Positions 9,514-19,171 are shown, counted from the stretch's first letter. The stretch is DNA of 64,000 nucleotides from a virus (IMGVR_UViG_3300033070_001123); one strand, 5' to 3'. The notes: generated by a model from the sequence alone, not told the origin. Program-made: numbers and translations.

Positions 9514-9825
9514 TTATCGTGGTACAACTTTCAAAACTATAGCAGTCTTATCCCCTCCATCGAACGAAGCGCTGTCAAAAGATGGCTCAACCACAAGGTC
9601 TAGTCCCTTTTTTGCCGCTTCACCGCGAGCGATAATGATTGCCTTCCAAGCATTATTGCCAGAAGACGCTCCAACTGTCTTGAGTTTGGCATGCCCGTGT
9701 TTTGATACAACAGTCAAAACAGCGGAAGCAAGACTCTTAACATATCCTTTTCTAAGTTCATCCGAAGTAAAAGAACCTTCTCCCTTTACTTTTAGCAGGG
9801 TTATATCCGGCTCAGTATTAGACAT
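9514..9825 (-). CDS. spoVS: SpoVS-family (Alba-like fold) protein
   Basis: LKV...SLASAV...VGASSGNNAWKAIIIARG...GLDLVVEPSF...DGGDKTAIVLKVVPR follows the SpoVS pattern; GAGGAG SD. Confidence 0.85.
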   Translation of the reverse strand: MSNTEPDITLLKVKGEGSFTSDELRKGYVKSLASAVLTVVSKHGHAKLKTVGASSGNNAWKAIIIARGEAAKKGLDLVVEPSFDSASFDGGDKTAIVLKVVPR

Positions 9826-9835
9826 AACTAACTCC

Positions 9836-10855
9836 TCATTCTATGATACCGTAAAACTTCAGTCGCTTTTGCATTAAGTCTGGATCGCTCCAAGCTTTAC
9901 TACTATGACATATCGACTGAAATTCACAATACCTACAGTCATAACTGTCCTTAGACAGCGGACGAGGAGGCGGAAGTAACTTATCCTTGGACATCTCGTT
10001 TAGCTTATAAGCCTGTTCTTTAATCTTTAGCCACATCTCTGGATTTCTCTCAACCTTGTAGATCTTGGTTGAAGAGTCGTCTTTGTTCTCGTAAATCAAT
10101 ATTCCATAATCAAGGTCAAGAATGTTGCTATAAATCACTAACTGCGTTTTATAGACCAATGAAGGGCCATTTTCAAGCTTTGATTTGAAACTGTAAGAGT
10201 TAATACTCTTCATATCCAAGACAATAGGCTTCTTGGGTAAGTCTTCTGCTCTAAAAAGAACATCAACAGCATTGCCTTGCGAGAACATTGCAGGATCAAA
10301 CTTAGAAAAATCGAGAATTTGATCGCAATGACCATAGAAGTTGAGTTCCTTATCTTGAACGGTAATTTCATGATAATGGAATTTGTCATTTCCGCAAACG
10401 CACTCTTTTGGCTTAAAGCAGCCAAGCTTATTGTCTAATCCATACATTCGCGGTTTGAAGTTTGCTACAACCTCAGGAACCTTAAGCCCATCTCTTTGAA
10501 GAATATCAGGATGATAATTGCCGTCATTATCCCAAAGATGGCAGCATTCATTTGCGCATTGCCAAATGCCTCGCAAAACTCCTATTTCCGCGAAATAATG
10601 AGACCAACGAGCATGCATGCTATGACCTGTATCAAAGATTCTTACGGTCTTTGGCTCTATGTCTCCCTTATCAGGCGTTATAAGGCCTTGGTCTGAGTAT
10701 CTTTGATACTGAACCTTTCGTAAGCAACCTCCAAATGAAGAAGGATGGTACGAAGAATATCCGCGAGGAGGCCCATTGAGATTCTTCCATTTCAGGAAGG
10801 TGTTTAATACATTCATTACATTCGTTACTTCAGGTGGTTGTGCAACAGGAGGCAT
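9836..10855 (-). CDS. Cas4-like PD-(D/E)xK exonuclease
   Basis: HPSS..GC.RK, FDTGHSMH, GHCD, LDMKS, QLVIY, C-terminal CRYCEFQSIC. Confidence 0.8.
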   Translation of the reverse strand: MPPVAQPPEVTNVMNVLNTFLKWKNLNGPPRGYSSYHPSSFGGCLRKVQYQRYSDQGLITPDKGDIEPKTVRIFDTGHSMHARWSHYFAEIGVLRGIWQCANECCHLWDNDGNYHPDILQRDGLKVPEVVANFKPRMYGLDNKLGCFKPKECVCGNDKFHYHEITVQDKELNFYGHCDQILDFSKFDPAMFSQGNAVDVLFRAEDLPKKPIVLDMKSINSYSFKSKLENGPSLVYKTQLVIYSNILDLDYGILIYENKDDSSTKIYKVERNPEMWLKIKEQAYKLNEMSKDKLLPPPRPLSKDSYDCRYCEFQSICHSSKAWSDPDLMQKRLKFYGIIE

Positions 10856-10863
10856 ACGTCTTC

Positions 10864-11640
10864 CTAATCTATCTCTAACTGAGAATGTTTATTACTAAGA
10901 CCTAAACAATACTTCTTCAATCCAAGTTCTTCAACTTTTGCTTTTGCTTCTCTAAGCAACTCTAGATAATCACTACTTGATTCTTTCTTTAGAAACTCGT
11001 CAGGATCTTTATGCTTTGGTAGAACAACAGGAATGAATCGGATTCCCGTTGATTCAAGACCATACTCTCTATACATTCTTACTGAGCGACTAAGGTTCTT
11101 GAAACCTGAATCGTCAGAATCAAAGCTAAGAAAGATATCTCTGCAATACCTAGAAATAATGCATAAATGGTAAGGGCTAAAGGCGCTTCCAAGCAATCCA
11201 ACAGTAACTCCAAAACCATATCTATGAGCGCATGCCGTATCAAACTGGCCTTCAACAACAATCGCCTTTTGATGCTTGATAATGTTAGCTTTTGCAACAT
11301 TCATACCAAACAAAAAGAACTTCTTATCAAACTGCTCATGCAAATGAGGCATCTTAGTCTTATCCTTACATCTAAAATCTCTTGATGTAAGAATGATCAA
11401 TTCATCATGCTGGTCATATAATGGCATGATGAGCCTTCCGGCCCAATCATGCCCTTGCTTCTTCAATCTTTGAGGATAATACCCAAAGCGAAACTTCTTT
11501 ATTACGTCGTCCGTAAGACCTCGTTCAACCCTTAGATAATTAAGGGTCTCTCGAACATCCTCGGTATCTTCCGTCCATAGAACTTCTTGCGAAAGATTGA
11601 CTATCGCCTTCCGCTCTACTTCTGGAAAATAAACCTTCAT
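10864..11640 (-). CDS. dnaG: DnaG primase catalytic core/TOPRIM, without zinc-binding domain
   Basis: YLRVERGL, GRLIMPL, IVVEGQFD, FDSDDSG, KDPDEFL. Confidence 0.85.
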   Translation of the reverse strand: MKVYFPEVERKAIVNLSQEVLWTEDTEDVRETLNYLRVERGLTDDVIKKFRFGYYPQRLKKQGHDWAGRLIMPLYDQHDELIILTSRDFRCKDKTKMPHLHEQFDKKFFLFGMNVAKANIIKHQKAIVVEGQFDTACAHRYGFGVTVGLLGSAFSPYHLCIISRYCRDIFLSFDSDDSGFKNLSRSVRMYREYGLESTGIRFIPVVLPKHKDPDEFLKKESSSDYLELLREAKAKVEELGLKKYCLGLSNKHSQLEID

Positions 11641-12875
11641 ACATCAGGATTTTCGACAACTTCTACTTCAGTTTCGCTCGATACACCGTCTTCTTCTTCC
11701 TCAAGGATTTCACTTAGTTCGTCTTTCTTCGACTTTTGCTTATTCGCTTTCTTCTTCGCATTCTCCAGCTTATCTTTGTTCTGCTCGATAAACGCAATAT
11801 GCTTATCGTAGTTCAAAATTGCAGCAGGGAGAACAACTTCAGCTTGCTTAGCAGCGCCCTTGATTGCGTTGATAAGTTCGCCAACCTTGTCTTGAGCAAC
11901 CAACTCAGCTATAAACGCCTTCTTTCCCTCAACCTTCAAGCCACCCCAAGAAAAGACGCCATTACGAACGCTAATAACCTTCGTCTGACGACCATACTCA
12001 AAAGCGTTTTCTTCAACTTGAGGGAAGTAGTGTTCATAGTAAATCGGAATACGAATACCACCAAAGTGAGGAGCAGCAAAGCGGTTCTTCTGAATGAAAA
12101 CATTCGCAGAACCTGAAATCATCCTTTCCTTACCGTCGTCATCTTCAATGTATCGGTATCCATCCTTTGCATTGACTTTGTTCAACTTAAGAATTACCGA
12201 GCAAGCATGGGCAATAGCCTTGCCGCCTGGATAACCCTCGGGGTCTTTGAACATTGCCGTTGGAGAAATACGAAGCTGATTAATGAAGATAACAAGCGTG
12301 TTGTTCGCTGCCGCAAGACTACAAATCTTGTTTACGGTCTTACCAAGCAAACGAGCGAGCGCTGCCATCGTATCCTTATCAGCAGGATTCTCCATGACAT
12401 AGCGAGGAACAAGCGAAGCAACCGAGTCAAGAACAACAACTCCTGCGCCTTTCTTGCAAGCCTCCATAACACAATCAAGAGCATACTCTCCGTCGAAAAC
12501 CTTGTCAGGATTGTTCTTGTCGAACATTGACCTGCGACCAATCTTTGCAAGGTCAACTCCGTTGATCTTTGCCAAAGACTCGCTAAAAGAGTTCTCAACG
12601 TCAACCCAAATCGGGATCTTTCCCATTCGCTGAGCATTGCCGCAAATTGAATAAGCAAGAGAAGACTTACCGCCGCCTTCGCCGCCATAAATCATAACAA
12701 GCTTACCAGTCGGTATACCGCCTGTTTTGACCGAATCACCATCATTATTCAATAAGCCGCTTGCAATAATGTAATCAAGCTCAGCATGTCCTGTTGGGAT
12801 AAACTCAGTCGGATTACCCTCAGAACCAAACTCAAAACCTTCAAAATTCGCTAATGCTGTACTTTTCTTTGCCAT
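11637..12875 (-). CDS. recA: RecA/UvsX recombinase
   Basis: IPTG..LD, GGIPTGK, YGGEGGGKSS, VDVEN, VVLDSVASL, IFINQLR, PGGKA, KNRFAAP. Confidence 0.93.
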   Translation of the reverse strand: MAKKSTALANFEGFEFGSEGNPTEFIPTGHAELDYIIASGLLNNDGDSVKTGGIPTGKLVMIYGGEGGGKSSLAYSICGNAQRMGKIPIWVDVENSFSESLAKINGVDLAKIGRRSMFDKNNPDKVFDGEYALDCVMEACKKGAGVVVLDSVASLVPRYVMENPADKDTMAALARLLGKTVNKICSLAAANNTLVIFINQLRISPTAMFKDPEGYPGGKAIAHACSVILKLNKVNAKDGYRYIEDDDGKERMISGSANVFIQKNRFAAPHFGGIRIPIYYEHYFPQVEENAFEYGRQTKVISVRNGVFSWGGLKVEGKKAFIAELVAQDKVGELINAIKGAAKQAEVVLPAAILNYDKHIAFIEQNKDKLENAKKKANKQKSKKDELSEILEEEEDGVSSETEVEVVENPDV

Positions 12876-12921
12876 TTTTCATCTCCGTTTCTCTGTTTGC
12901 GTACTGATAGCTCATCGTAAC

Positions 12922-12954
12922 AAAAAGGCCGTGGCTCATACAAAACCACGGCCT
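12922..12954 (-). terminator. Intrinsic terminator downstream of ssb
   Basis: Minus strand AGGCCGTGG-TTTTGTATGAG-CCACGGCCT followed by TTTT. Confidence 0.8.
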
Positions 12955-12977
12955 GTTCATTACAGACTTACTTACTT

Positions 12978-13655
12978 TTAGAATCCAAGATCAAGCTTGC
13001 TCGAAGCAGCCTTTGCAGGAGCAGCGGTCGGGGCCGAAGCAGCTTGCGCTGGGGCCTTTGACTTGCTCGGATAAAGCTTCTCTTCGATTTCGCTCTGAGG
13101 AGTTGGAGCAAACTCCTTACCAAGATCCCAAAGATCCTGTTCCTTCAACATCGCCTTCTCTTCATCAGTGAAAGGCGTTTGAACAACTGGAGTTGTGTTG
13201 TACTCAGTACGCCTCTTGTCGCCGTTTGCCGGAATCTTAACGGTGATTTCGAAATCTGCGCCGTTTCTATTACCGGGGTGCTGACCTGAAGCCTTTGCCC
13301 AGCGCTTGATTGCCTCAAATACGCTAGCAGGAGCCTCCATAATCTTCAACTTGCCATCGGCTCGATCAATGACATTTACCGCATAGCGAGGCTTGGCCTC
13401 AACATTGTACTTCTGACGAATAATGCAGTTCTGAGGGTCTTCTGTGATGGCCCTGTTGAACCTCTTAGGATCGTCTGGATTTGCAATGTAATAGGCGTAA
13501 AAACCGCATGGGTCGCCAACAGGACGGACTCTGTAAGTTGTACCCTGGATGCTTCCAGTCAACTTAAGATACTTGCTATCATTGCCTCCGCCCTTGCCGC
13601 CCTTCTTACCCGTCGAAGTCGTATCAATATCATCCCAATTAATTATCTTACTCAT
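12978..13655 (-). CDS. Phage single-stranded DNA-binding protein (gp32-like)
   Basis: YRVRPVG, RYAVNVIDRADGKLKIME, GADFEIT...TEY, flexible tail ending DLGF; next to recA; AAGGAG SD. Confidence 0.7.
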   Translation of the reverse strand: MSKIINWDDIDTTSTGKKGGKGGGNDSKYLKLTGSIQGTTYRVRPVGDPCGFYAYYIANPDDPKRFNRAITEDPQNCIIRQKYNVEAKPRYAVNVIDRADGKLKIMEAPASVFEAIKRWAKASGQHPGNRNGADFEITVKIPANGDKRRTEYNTTPVVQTPFTDEEKAMLKEQDLWDLGKEFAPTPQSEIEEKLYPSKSKAPAQAASAPTAAPAKAASSKLDLGF

Positions 13656-13925
13656 TTCAAAACTCCTTGTCTCTGATACTCTATTTGTTTGAGTTCAGCT
13701 TTTTATTCTACGTCTTCTCGAAACCCTGAAACGCTCAGAATCTCTTTTCTCTAGGTCTCTGTTTACTCTGTCTATAATAACAATAAAAACATAACCTAAA
13801 ACTAGCATTAACTTCTAACAATTTCAATATGATTTACTTGCATTTGTCGGTTACATCTCCTTTCTCTAATCTCTAGAACTCTAAAACTCGGATACTCTTA
13901 ATTCGACTAAATTCAACAAATTCCT
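13656..13925 (-). repeat. 270-bp intergenic region with clustered (A)GAG repeats flanking an AT-rich core
   Basis: AAGAGTATCC GAGTTTT AGAGTTCT AGAGATT AGAGAAA GGAG ... ACAGAGTAA ACAGAGACCT AGAGAAA AGAGATTCT GAGCGTTT ... AGAGTATC AGAGACA AGGAG. Confidence 0.65.
13799..13827 (-). promoter_or_regulatory. Sigma70-like promoter for ssb
   Basis: TTGAAA-N17-TAGTTT with an extended -10 TG. Confidence 0.45.
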
Positions 13926-13926
13926 T
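13899..13926 (-). promoter_or_regulatory. Alternative-sigma (sigmaH-like) promoter
   Basis: AAGGAATT-N11-GTCGAATTA; same spacing as the copy at 36779-36806. Confidence 0.5.
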
Positions 13927-15104
13927 TAGTCATCCAACCAACTTATTTTCCCTGTCTTTCCTGGACCACTCATCGACGTTTTTGCTGCCGAAGATTGAGC
14001 TTTCACAGCCTCTTGAACCTCTAATCTGTCAAAACCTTCTGCTGCAATTTCTGGCGAAACAGAGGAACGAGCAGAAACGTTCTCAACAACCTTCTTAGCC
14101 TTATCGGACAAGTTCGCATAGTTCTTTTCATGACTGTCCGTAATATTTTGCTGCTTAAGCAGTTCAAGCGTTATGCTAATCTTACGACTAAGAATCTCTT
14201 TCGACTCAAGCAAATTATGATAAACGTCTTTAGCTGCTTGTTCAAGAGCCTCAACTTCGCAAGCATACATTTCAACGTCTTTCATATGATCATGAATAAC
14301 GCCGTCTTGACGAGCAGCAGGCTTTTCGTAAGTAACCTTTGCAAGAACGCCCCTTAGTAACTCAACGCCTCTTTTAGAGGCGGAACATTGACCTGTTGCT
14401 TGAATCTTGATTTCAACAACTCTATCAAGAAGAGATTGAATCTTATTGAGCTTATCAGCCATTCCCTCCAGATCCATCAACTCTGTACTTGTACTAACAT
14501 GACAAGTCCTAAGCTCGGCCATAAGCTTATCAACAAGAAGAGGTTTTCCACCCCTTGTAAGCGACTTGATAAAGCTATGCTTTTCCGAATAGAAATGAGC
14601 AAACATTGGCGACGGAGGAACAAGAGTCCAGCCGTCTTCGTCTGCCTTACTCGCAACCGAAGGAGTCGTTACGGACTCCTCCTTTGTCTCCTCAGCTTCT
14701 TCTCCAGCGTCTGTATCTTCATTATGAGCGGTTTGTTTTTGCGCCACGGGTTTAGTCTCCTCGCTGACAGGCTTTCCAGGGAGAACTGACTGCTTGAGTA
14801 TCTTCTCAAACGAGTTCTTGCTGGGTTCTGCGATTGTGATTGGTTGCTGAACGACTGGTTCTTGTTTGATCTTCGCTTCATTGCCTTGCTCCTTTGCAAC
14901 ATAAGTAACCTCAATCGGAGGAGCATCTTTTGCTAAGACTTCATTCAGCTTTTTTGACTTCTGCTCAAAACCTTCAGCGCCTCCGGTCTTTATGACCTCA
15001 GCATAAGAAGTTTCCTGGCTTTCGTCGTCTTCTTCTCTGATATTCGATCCATCTTTGGGAATACCAAAAATGTCATCTAAAAGCTGTTCATTTATCGACG
15101 GCAT
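13926..15104 (-). CDS. Hypothetical protein: acidic disordered N-terminus, helical C-terminus
   Basis: 392-aa ORF with AAGGA SD. Confidence 0.75.
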   Translation of the reverse strand: MPSINEQLLDDIFGIPKDGSNIREEDDESQETSYAEVIKTGGAEGFEQKSKKLNEVLAKDAPPIEVTYVAKEQGNEAKIKQEPVVQQPITIAEPSKNSFEKILKQSVLPGKPVSEETKPVAQKQTAHNEDTDAGEEAEETKEESVTTPSVASKADEDGWTLVPPSPMFAHFYSEKHSFIKSLTRGGKPLLVDKLMAELRTCHVSTSTELMDLEGMADKLNKIQSLLDRVVEIKIQATGQCSASKRGVELLRGVLAKVTYEKPAARQDGVIHDHMKDVEMYACEVEALEQAAKDVYHNLLESKEILSRKISITLELLKQQNITDSHEKNYANLSDKAKKVVENVSARSSVSPEIAAEGFDRLEVQEAVKAQSSAAKTSMSGPGKTGKISWLDD

Positions 15105-15123
15105 TTATTGTCTTCCTTTAACT

Positions 15124-15450
15124 TCAATCAAGAGCGTCAAAATCTTTCTTTTCTTCTTCAGTTAGACCACGTTTATTATTATTGGTCGTAGAAGATACAA
15201 TCGCGGAGAATCCATTAAGGTTCAATTCCTCAAAAACCCTCTTCTGGGTATTCTCGAAATCCTCTCTCACAAGAGTTGTGATACCGTCGCTTTTGGCTCG
15301 CAACATATCAATGTTTTCCCATTCAATCTCAATCTGATGCTCTACAATAATGTCCATTGTCTCAAACTTTGCAGTATTATATTTCCTAATAATAGCTTTG
15401 CGTACAACGGACTTTCTCATATTTTGATCTTGTGACATATTTTTCTCCAA
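15124..15450 (-). CDS. Hypothetical protein
   Basis: ORF; the ATG at 15438, after GGAG, is the more likely start. Confidence 0.65.
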   Translation of the reverse strand: MEKNMSQDQNMRKSVVRKAIIRKYNTAKFETMDIIVEHQIEIEWENIDMLRAKSDGITTLVREDFENTQKRVFEELNLNGFSAIVSSTTNNNKRGLTEEEKKDFDALD

Positions 15451-15488
15451 ATGGTAATTCGTCTACTCTTATCGCTATTGAGTCTATT

Positions 15489-17465
15489 TCACCCAAAAAT
15501 GTTGCCTACAATGACGCCTTTCTTCTTGGCTCTCTTCAAGTCTTCTCTAATAATTTCGAAAGACTTAAGAACTTCTTCTCTATTTGCGCTTCGACCGCCA
15601 CCCTTTGCTGGCTTAAAGAAGCCTGCATTCAACAAAGACTCAAACGATTTCGCATCGACCATCTTCGTATCAGTCTTTTCCGCAAACTCTTGAAGACTAG
15701 CATAAGGCTGATGCTCTACAATATTAGTTGCAGCATTATGACTCAAGCCCTTGCACTTTATAGAAGGCATGATTTGCGACTTTGGAATACCATTTGCGGG
15801 ATCTGCCTTCTTAACAATGAAATACTCAAGCTTGCAATGATTGATTTGCCTTGGCAAAATCTCTATGTTCATCTCTTTAGACATCTTTTCAAGAGCGTCA
15901 ACCTTGTCATAGTTTGAGCGATTAATTTCGACATTGAGATAAGCTGTAAGGAACTCTTCTGGAAAGTTAGCCTTCAAATAAGCAGTAACATAAGAGTTGT
16001 AAGCATAGCAGCAAGCATGCGCCTTATTGAAGCCGTAATCAGCGAATGGCATGATTACTTTGTCCCAATAGTCTTGAGCAATCTTTTCGTCTACATTATT
16101 CTCTTTTGCGCCAGAGATAAACCTAGCTCTATACTTTGCCAAAAGCTCTGGTTTCTTCTTACCGATTGCCTTGATAACAACATAACCCTCAGGAATAGAG
16201 AATCCTGCAATTGAGTTACAAATCTGCATGACTTGCTCTTGATATACAAGCAATCCATACGTCTTCTTGAGATAAGGCTCAACATACTTCTTTAGAGAAG
16301 GATGGAAGTAGTTGATAGATTCTGAACCATGCTTACGAGCGCAATAGGTTGGAATCGAATCCATCGGACCAGGACGATACAACGCAATGCCTGCCATGAT
16401 GTCGTCAAGGGAGTCAACTCCCATGTTAATCATGGTCTTCTGCATTCCAGGCTCTTCGCATTGGAATACGCCAGTCAGTTTGCCGCTCTTGTATAAATCA
16501 AAGGTCTTCTTGTCTTCAAGAGGCAAGTCATAGATATTGATCTTCAAGCCGTAGTTTTGCTCAACAAGCTTACAGCATCGGCCAATAACCGAAAGCGTAC
16601 TAAGAGCAAGAATATCGAACTTGATCAGTCCAAGAAACTCTAAGTCATTGTACTCAAACTGAGTCGCAAAAGCATATTTAACTTCGCCGTCCTCGGCTGT
16701 ATCCGTAATCTTGCTTTGCTTAAGCGGAGCTATACGTCCAAGAGGCTCATTCGATATAACAATACCGGCAGCATGTACTCCGAATATAGATAAAAGTCCT
16801 TCAATACTCCTAGAGTGTTCAAGTATAGCAGGGTACTTCTCCATGTAATATGCAAACTTTGGACACCACTTATAAGCATCCTGAACGGTCTTGACTGGGT
16901 GTTCATTGCCTTGATCATCTGTTACTTTCAAAAAAGCGCCATATTGAGGCGGCAAAGCATTCAATATCTCGTCGCCGAGTTCATTCGTCTTTGTCTTCCA
17001 TTCATCATAACCCTTGAAAAAGGTATTCTCTGGATCTATAGCCTTGACCGCTCGACGAACAAACGATTTCATCTTAAGGCCAGAGTATGTTCCAATATTA
17101 CCAACATGCTCTCTTCCGTAGGTATCAATGATGTACTTGTACATCTCGTCTCTACGTTCGTAGTCGAAGTCCGAGTCAATATCGGGAAAACCTTTACGGG
17201 CAAAAGCGCGACGCTTTGGCAAGAATTCCGAACCTTCGTCAGGCTTTTTATCAGTCATACCAAGAGCATATGCGGTCCAGGAGTTGATATCATTACGATG
17301 ACCAACCTTACCATGAGAATGCTTCCAGATTGAATGGAACTTTTGTAGAACTGGTTTTTCGTCCAAGCCTTCTGTTTGCTCCATTTGAGCTAGTTCTTTC
17401 TCAATCAGAGGCAAAAGAGACTTATCCTTAACTGCCTCCAAGATTTCCTGCTTCATATCAGCCAT
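15489..17465 (-). CDS. dnaE: DNA polymerase III alpha, polymerase part (palm, thumb, fingers, HhH)
   Basis: FPDIDSDF, GVHAAGIVIS, GLIKFDILAL, GVFQCE, ALYRPGPM, TYGLLVYQEQVM, YGFNKAHA, YLKANFP. Confidence 0.93.
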   Translation of the reverse strand: MADMKQEILEAVKDKSLLPLIEKELAQMEQTEGLDEKPVLQKFHSIWKHSHGKVGHRNDINSWTAYALGMTDKKPDEGSEFLPKRRAFARKGFPDIDSDFDYERRDEMYKYIIDTYGREHVGNIGTYSGLKMKSFVRRAVKAIDPENTFFKGYDEWKTKTNELGDEILNALPPQYGAFLKVTDDQGNEHPVKTVQDAYKWCPKFAYYMEKYPAILEHSRSIEGLLSIFGVHAAGIVISNEPLGRIAPLKQSKITDTAEDGEVKYAFATQFEYNDLEFLGLIKFDILALSTLSVIGRCCKLVEQNYGLKINIYDLPLEDKKTFDLYKSGKLTGVFQCEEPGMQKTMINMGVDSLDDIMAGIALYRPGPMDSIPTYCARKHGSESINYFHPSLKKYVEPYLKKTYGLLVYQEQVMQICNSIAGFSIPEGYVVIKAIGKKKPELLAKYRARFISGAKENNVDEKIAQDYWDKVIMPFADYGFNKAHACCYAYNSYVTAYLKANFPEEFLTAYLNVEINRSNYDKVDALEKMSKEMNIEILPRQINHCKLEYFIVKKADPANGIPKSQIMPSIKCKGLSHNAATNIVEHQPYASLQEFAEKTDTKMVDAKSFESLLNAGFFKPAKGGGRSANREEVLKSFEIIREDLKRAKKKGVIVGNIFG

Positions 17466-18073
17466 TTATTGTCTCCAACAATAGTCAATCTCGGAAGAGC
17501 AACGCCTGTACCATAAATCCAAGAGCCAATTTGATCTGCCACTCTATAACCGTATGACCCTAACTCTATCTTCGTCATAGGCGTTACTATATCACAACAA
17601 AAAGAACTCTGACATCCAATTCTTTCGTCATCAATAATTGGCTCAATTGAAAGGTCTTTACCTAAGACATTTTCCATGAAAATTGCAGCCTTTTCAATCA
17701 TGGAATCAACCCTGCCCGCTACCTTTGTAACATCGCAAAGATCATCGCCTATATATTCTATCAGTTCAACTTTGAAAAAATTTGGGAAATGAAGACCGTC
17801 CTTAAGGTCATCATTCGGTCTAAAACAAGGAGTAGCGCAACAATATTTGCCCTTAGAAAGCTTCTTATCAATAGCCATTTGCAAAAACGATTGTTCTCCA
17901 GAGGCAACAAAGCCATTGGGATTAGCTTTCGCAACATCTTCCTTAGTCAAGAAACAAGGAGCCGTTACCATAAGAACATCAAGAGAGGCCTGCCACGGGA
18001 CATCAATATAAGCATATCCAGCACGCTCATAATAAGTAATAGCTTTTACAACAATATCGTATTCTACTCTCAT
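17453..18073 (-). CDS. Stand-alone class II aminoacyl-tRNA-synthetase-like catalytic domain
   Basis: Motif 1-like GYAYIDVP, ASGEQSF, motif 2 PCFRPND...HFPNFFKVEL, IELGSYG, motif 3 GTGVALPRL; no anticodon-binding domain. Confidence 0.75.
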   Translation of the reverse strand: MRVEYDIVVKAITYYERAGYAYIDVPWQASLDVLMVTAPCFLTKEDVAKANPNGFVASGEQSFLQMAIDKKLSKGKYCCATPCFRPNDDLKDGLHFPNFFKVELIEYIGDDLCDVTKVAGRVDSMIEKAAIFMENVLGKDLSIEPIIDDERIGCQSSFCCDIVTPMTKIELGSYGYRVADQIGSWIYGTGVALPRLTIVGDNKWLI

Positions 18074-18318
18074 GATCTTGTGCCGTCCATAAAAGCAGAC
18101 CGAGTTGCATTGGACATGATAATCAAGTCCTGCATGGTTATGCTTGGATGCTGTCTTTCTAAGTAGCCTTGAATAGCTCCAACGATATCAGAAAGCTCAA
18201 CAAGAGCCATTATCCTATTGCTCTGTCTTTCAGCATCCTGCAACTCTTCTATTTCCTCTTTTATCTTAGAAGATTCGCCATACTTGCCTTTTGCGATTTT
18301 AGATTTATGATATCCCAT
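18070..18318 (-). CDS. MazG/HisE-like all-alpha nucleotide pyrophosphohydrolase
   Basis: KIKEEIEEL...VELSDIVGA (EExxE...ExxD); likely start MGYHKS at 18318. Confidence 0.6.
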   Translation of the reverse strand: MGYHKSKIAKGKYGESSKIKEEIEELQDAERQSNRIMALVELSDIVGAIQGYLERQHPSITMQDLIIMSNATRSAFMDGTRS

Positions 18319-18322
18319 AATT

Positions 18323-19171
18323 TCACTCGAAACACATTGGTTGCTTTTCCCCAGCCATCGCATAAGAACTCTTCTTAACAATCAAGAGTTCTTCAACAGA
18401 ATCTTTTTCTTCTAAGGTCTGCATATGCTTGACAACGCTTTTCTTGTAGATAGTATAACCCTTACTTGCCGGGTAAAGATCTTTAATGTTCGGGCTGGAA
18501 TAGTAAGATATCGCAACAGACCCTTGAATCCCGTCTAAATACTTAGCCATGTCTTCATGAATAAATCCGTCAGTCATATTGACATGATAGAACATCTTTT
18601 CAACATGCTCATACGGAGGATCAATATAAAACAAGGCCTCTGGGCAATCCCACTTTTTGATACATTCCTTATAGTCAAGGTTTTCAATGTAAACACCCTT
18701 GAAAAACCTAGCACATCTATCAATAAAGGGAGGCAAACCAGCCCAAGACAAACATATATTCTCCCCTGTTCTCGAAACACACCATGTTCCGTCTTCTTTT
18801 CCAAACATGGATTGTCTATTGTAGATAAGATAGTTTCTTGCCCACTCAACAGGATCTTCTTTTAGAAAGTCTCGTTTAGACTCAATATATTCAACTGCTT
18901 TTTCAAACTCTTCCCTGGAGTACGGCGTTAATTCGACCTTCTCAATAAAGGCATCTTTATAATCTCTAAGAACTCTAAATAGATTCCAAACATGACTATC
19001 CAAGTCATTATAAACCAAACGGTACTTGCCGTCAGTTTTGGGTAAAACAAAACCCACAGCAAAGCTACCACCAAAAGGCTCGCAATATAGATTATGCTTT
19101 GGTAGCAGATCTTTAATCCACTCTCTCAGCTTAACTTTTCCGCCAACTCTTTTTATGATTGTGTCTGCCAT
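18323..19171 (-). CDS. Dam/D12-class N6-adenine DNA methyltransferase
   Basis: RVGGK, YCEPFGGS, VYNDLD, IENLDY, FYIDPPY. Confidence 0.9.
   Translation of the reverse strand: MADTIIKRVGGKVKLREWIKDLLPKHNLYCEPFGGSFAVGFVLPKTDGKYRLVYNDLDSHVWNLFRVLRDYKDAFIEKVELTPYSREEFEKAVEYIESKRDFLKEDPVEWARNYLIYNRQSMFGKEDGTWCVSRTGENICLSWAGLPPFIDRCARFFKGVYIENLDYKECIKKWDCPEALFYIDPPYEHVEKMFYHVNMTDGFIHEDMAKYLDGIQGSVAISYYSSPNIKDLYPASKGYTIYKKSVVKHMQTLEEKDSVEELLIVKKSSYAMAGEKQPMCFE

Noticed and set aside
9514-9825. Assigning a spore-forming Firmicute host from spoVS and the sigmaH-like promoters
   Set aside because: SpoVS also occurs in non-sporulating phyla, and only two promoter copies fit; the evidence is insufficient.
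9836-10855. CRISPR-Cas system suggested by the Cas4-like gene
   Set aside because: No repeat-spacer array or other cas genes were seen; solo Cas4-like nucleases are common in phages.
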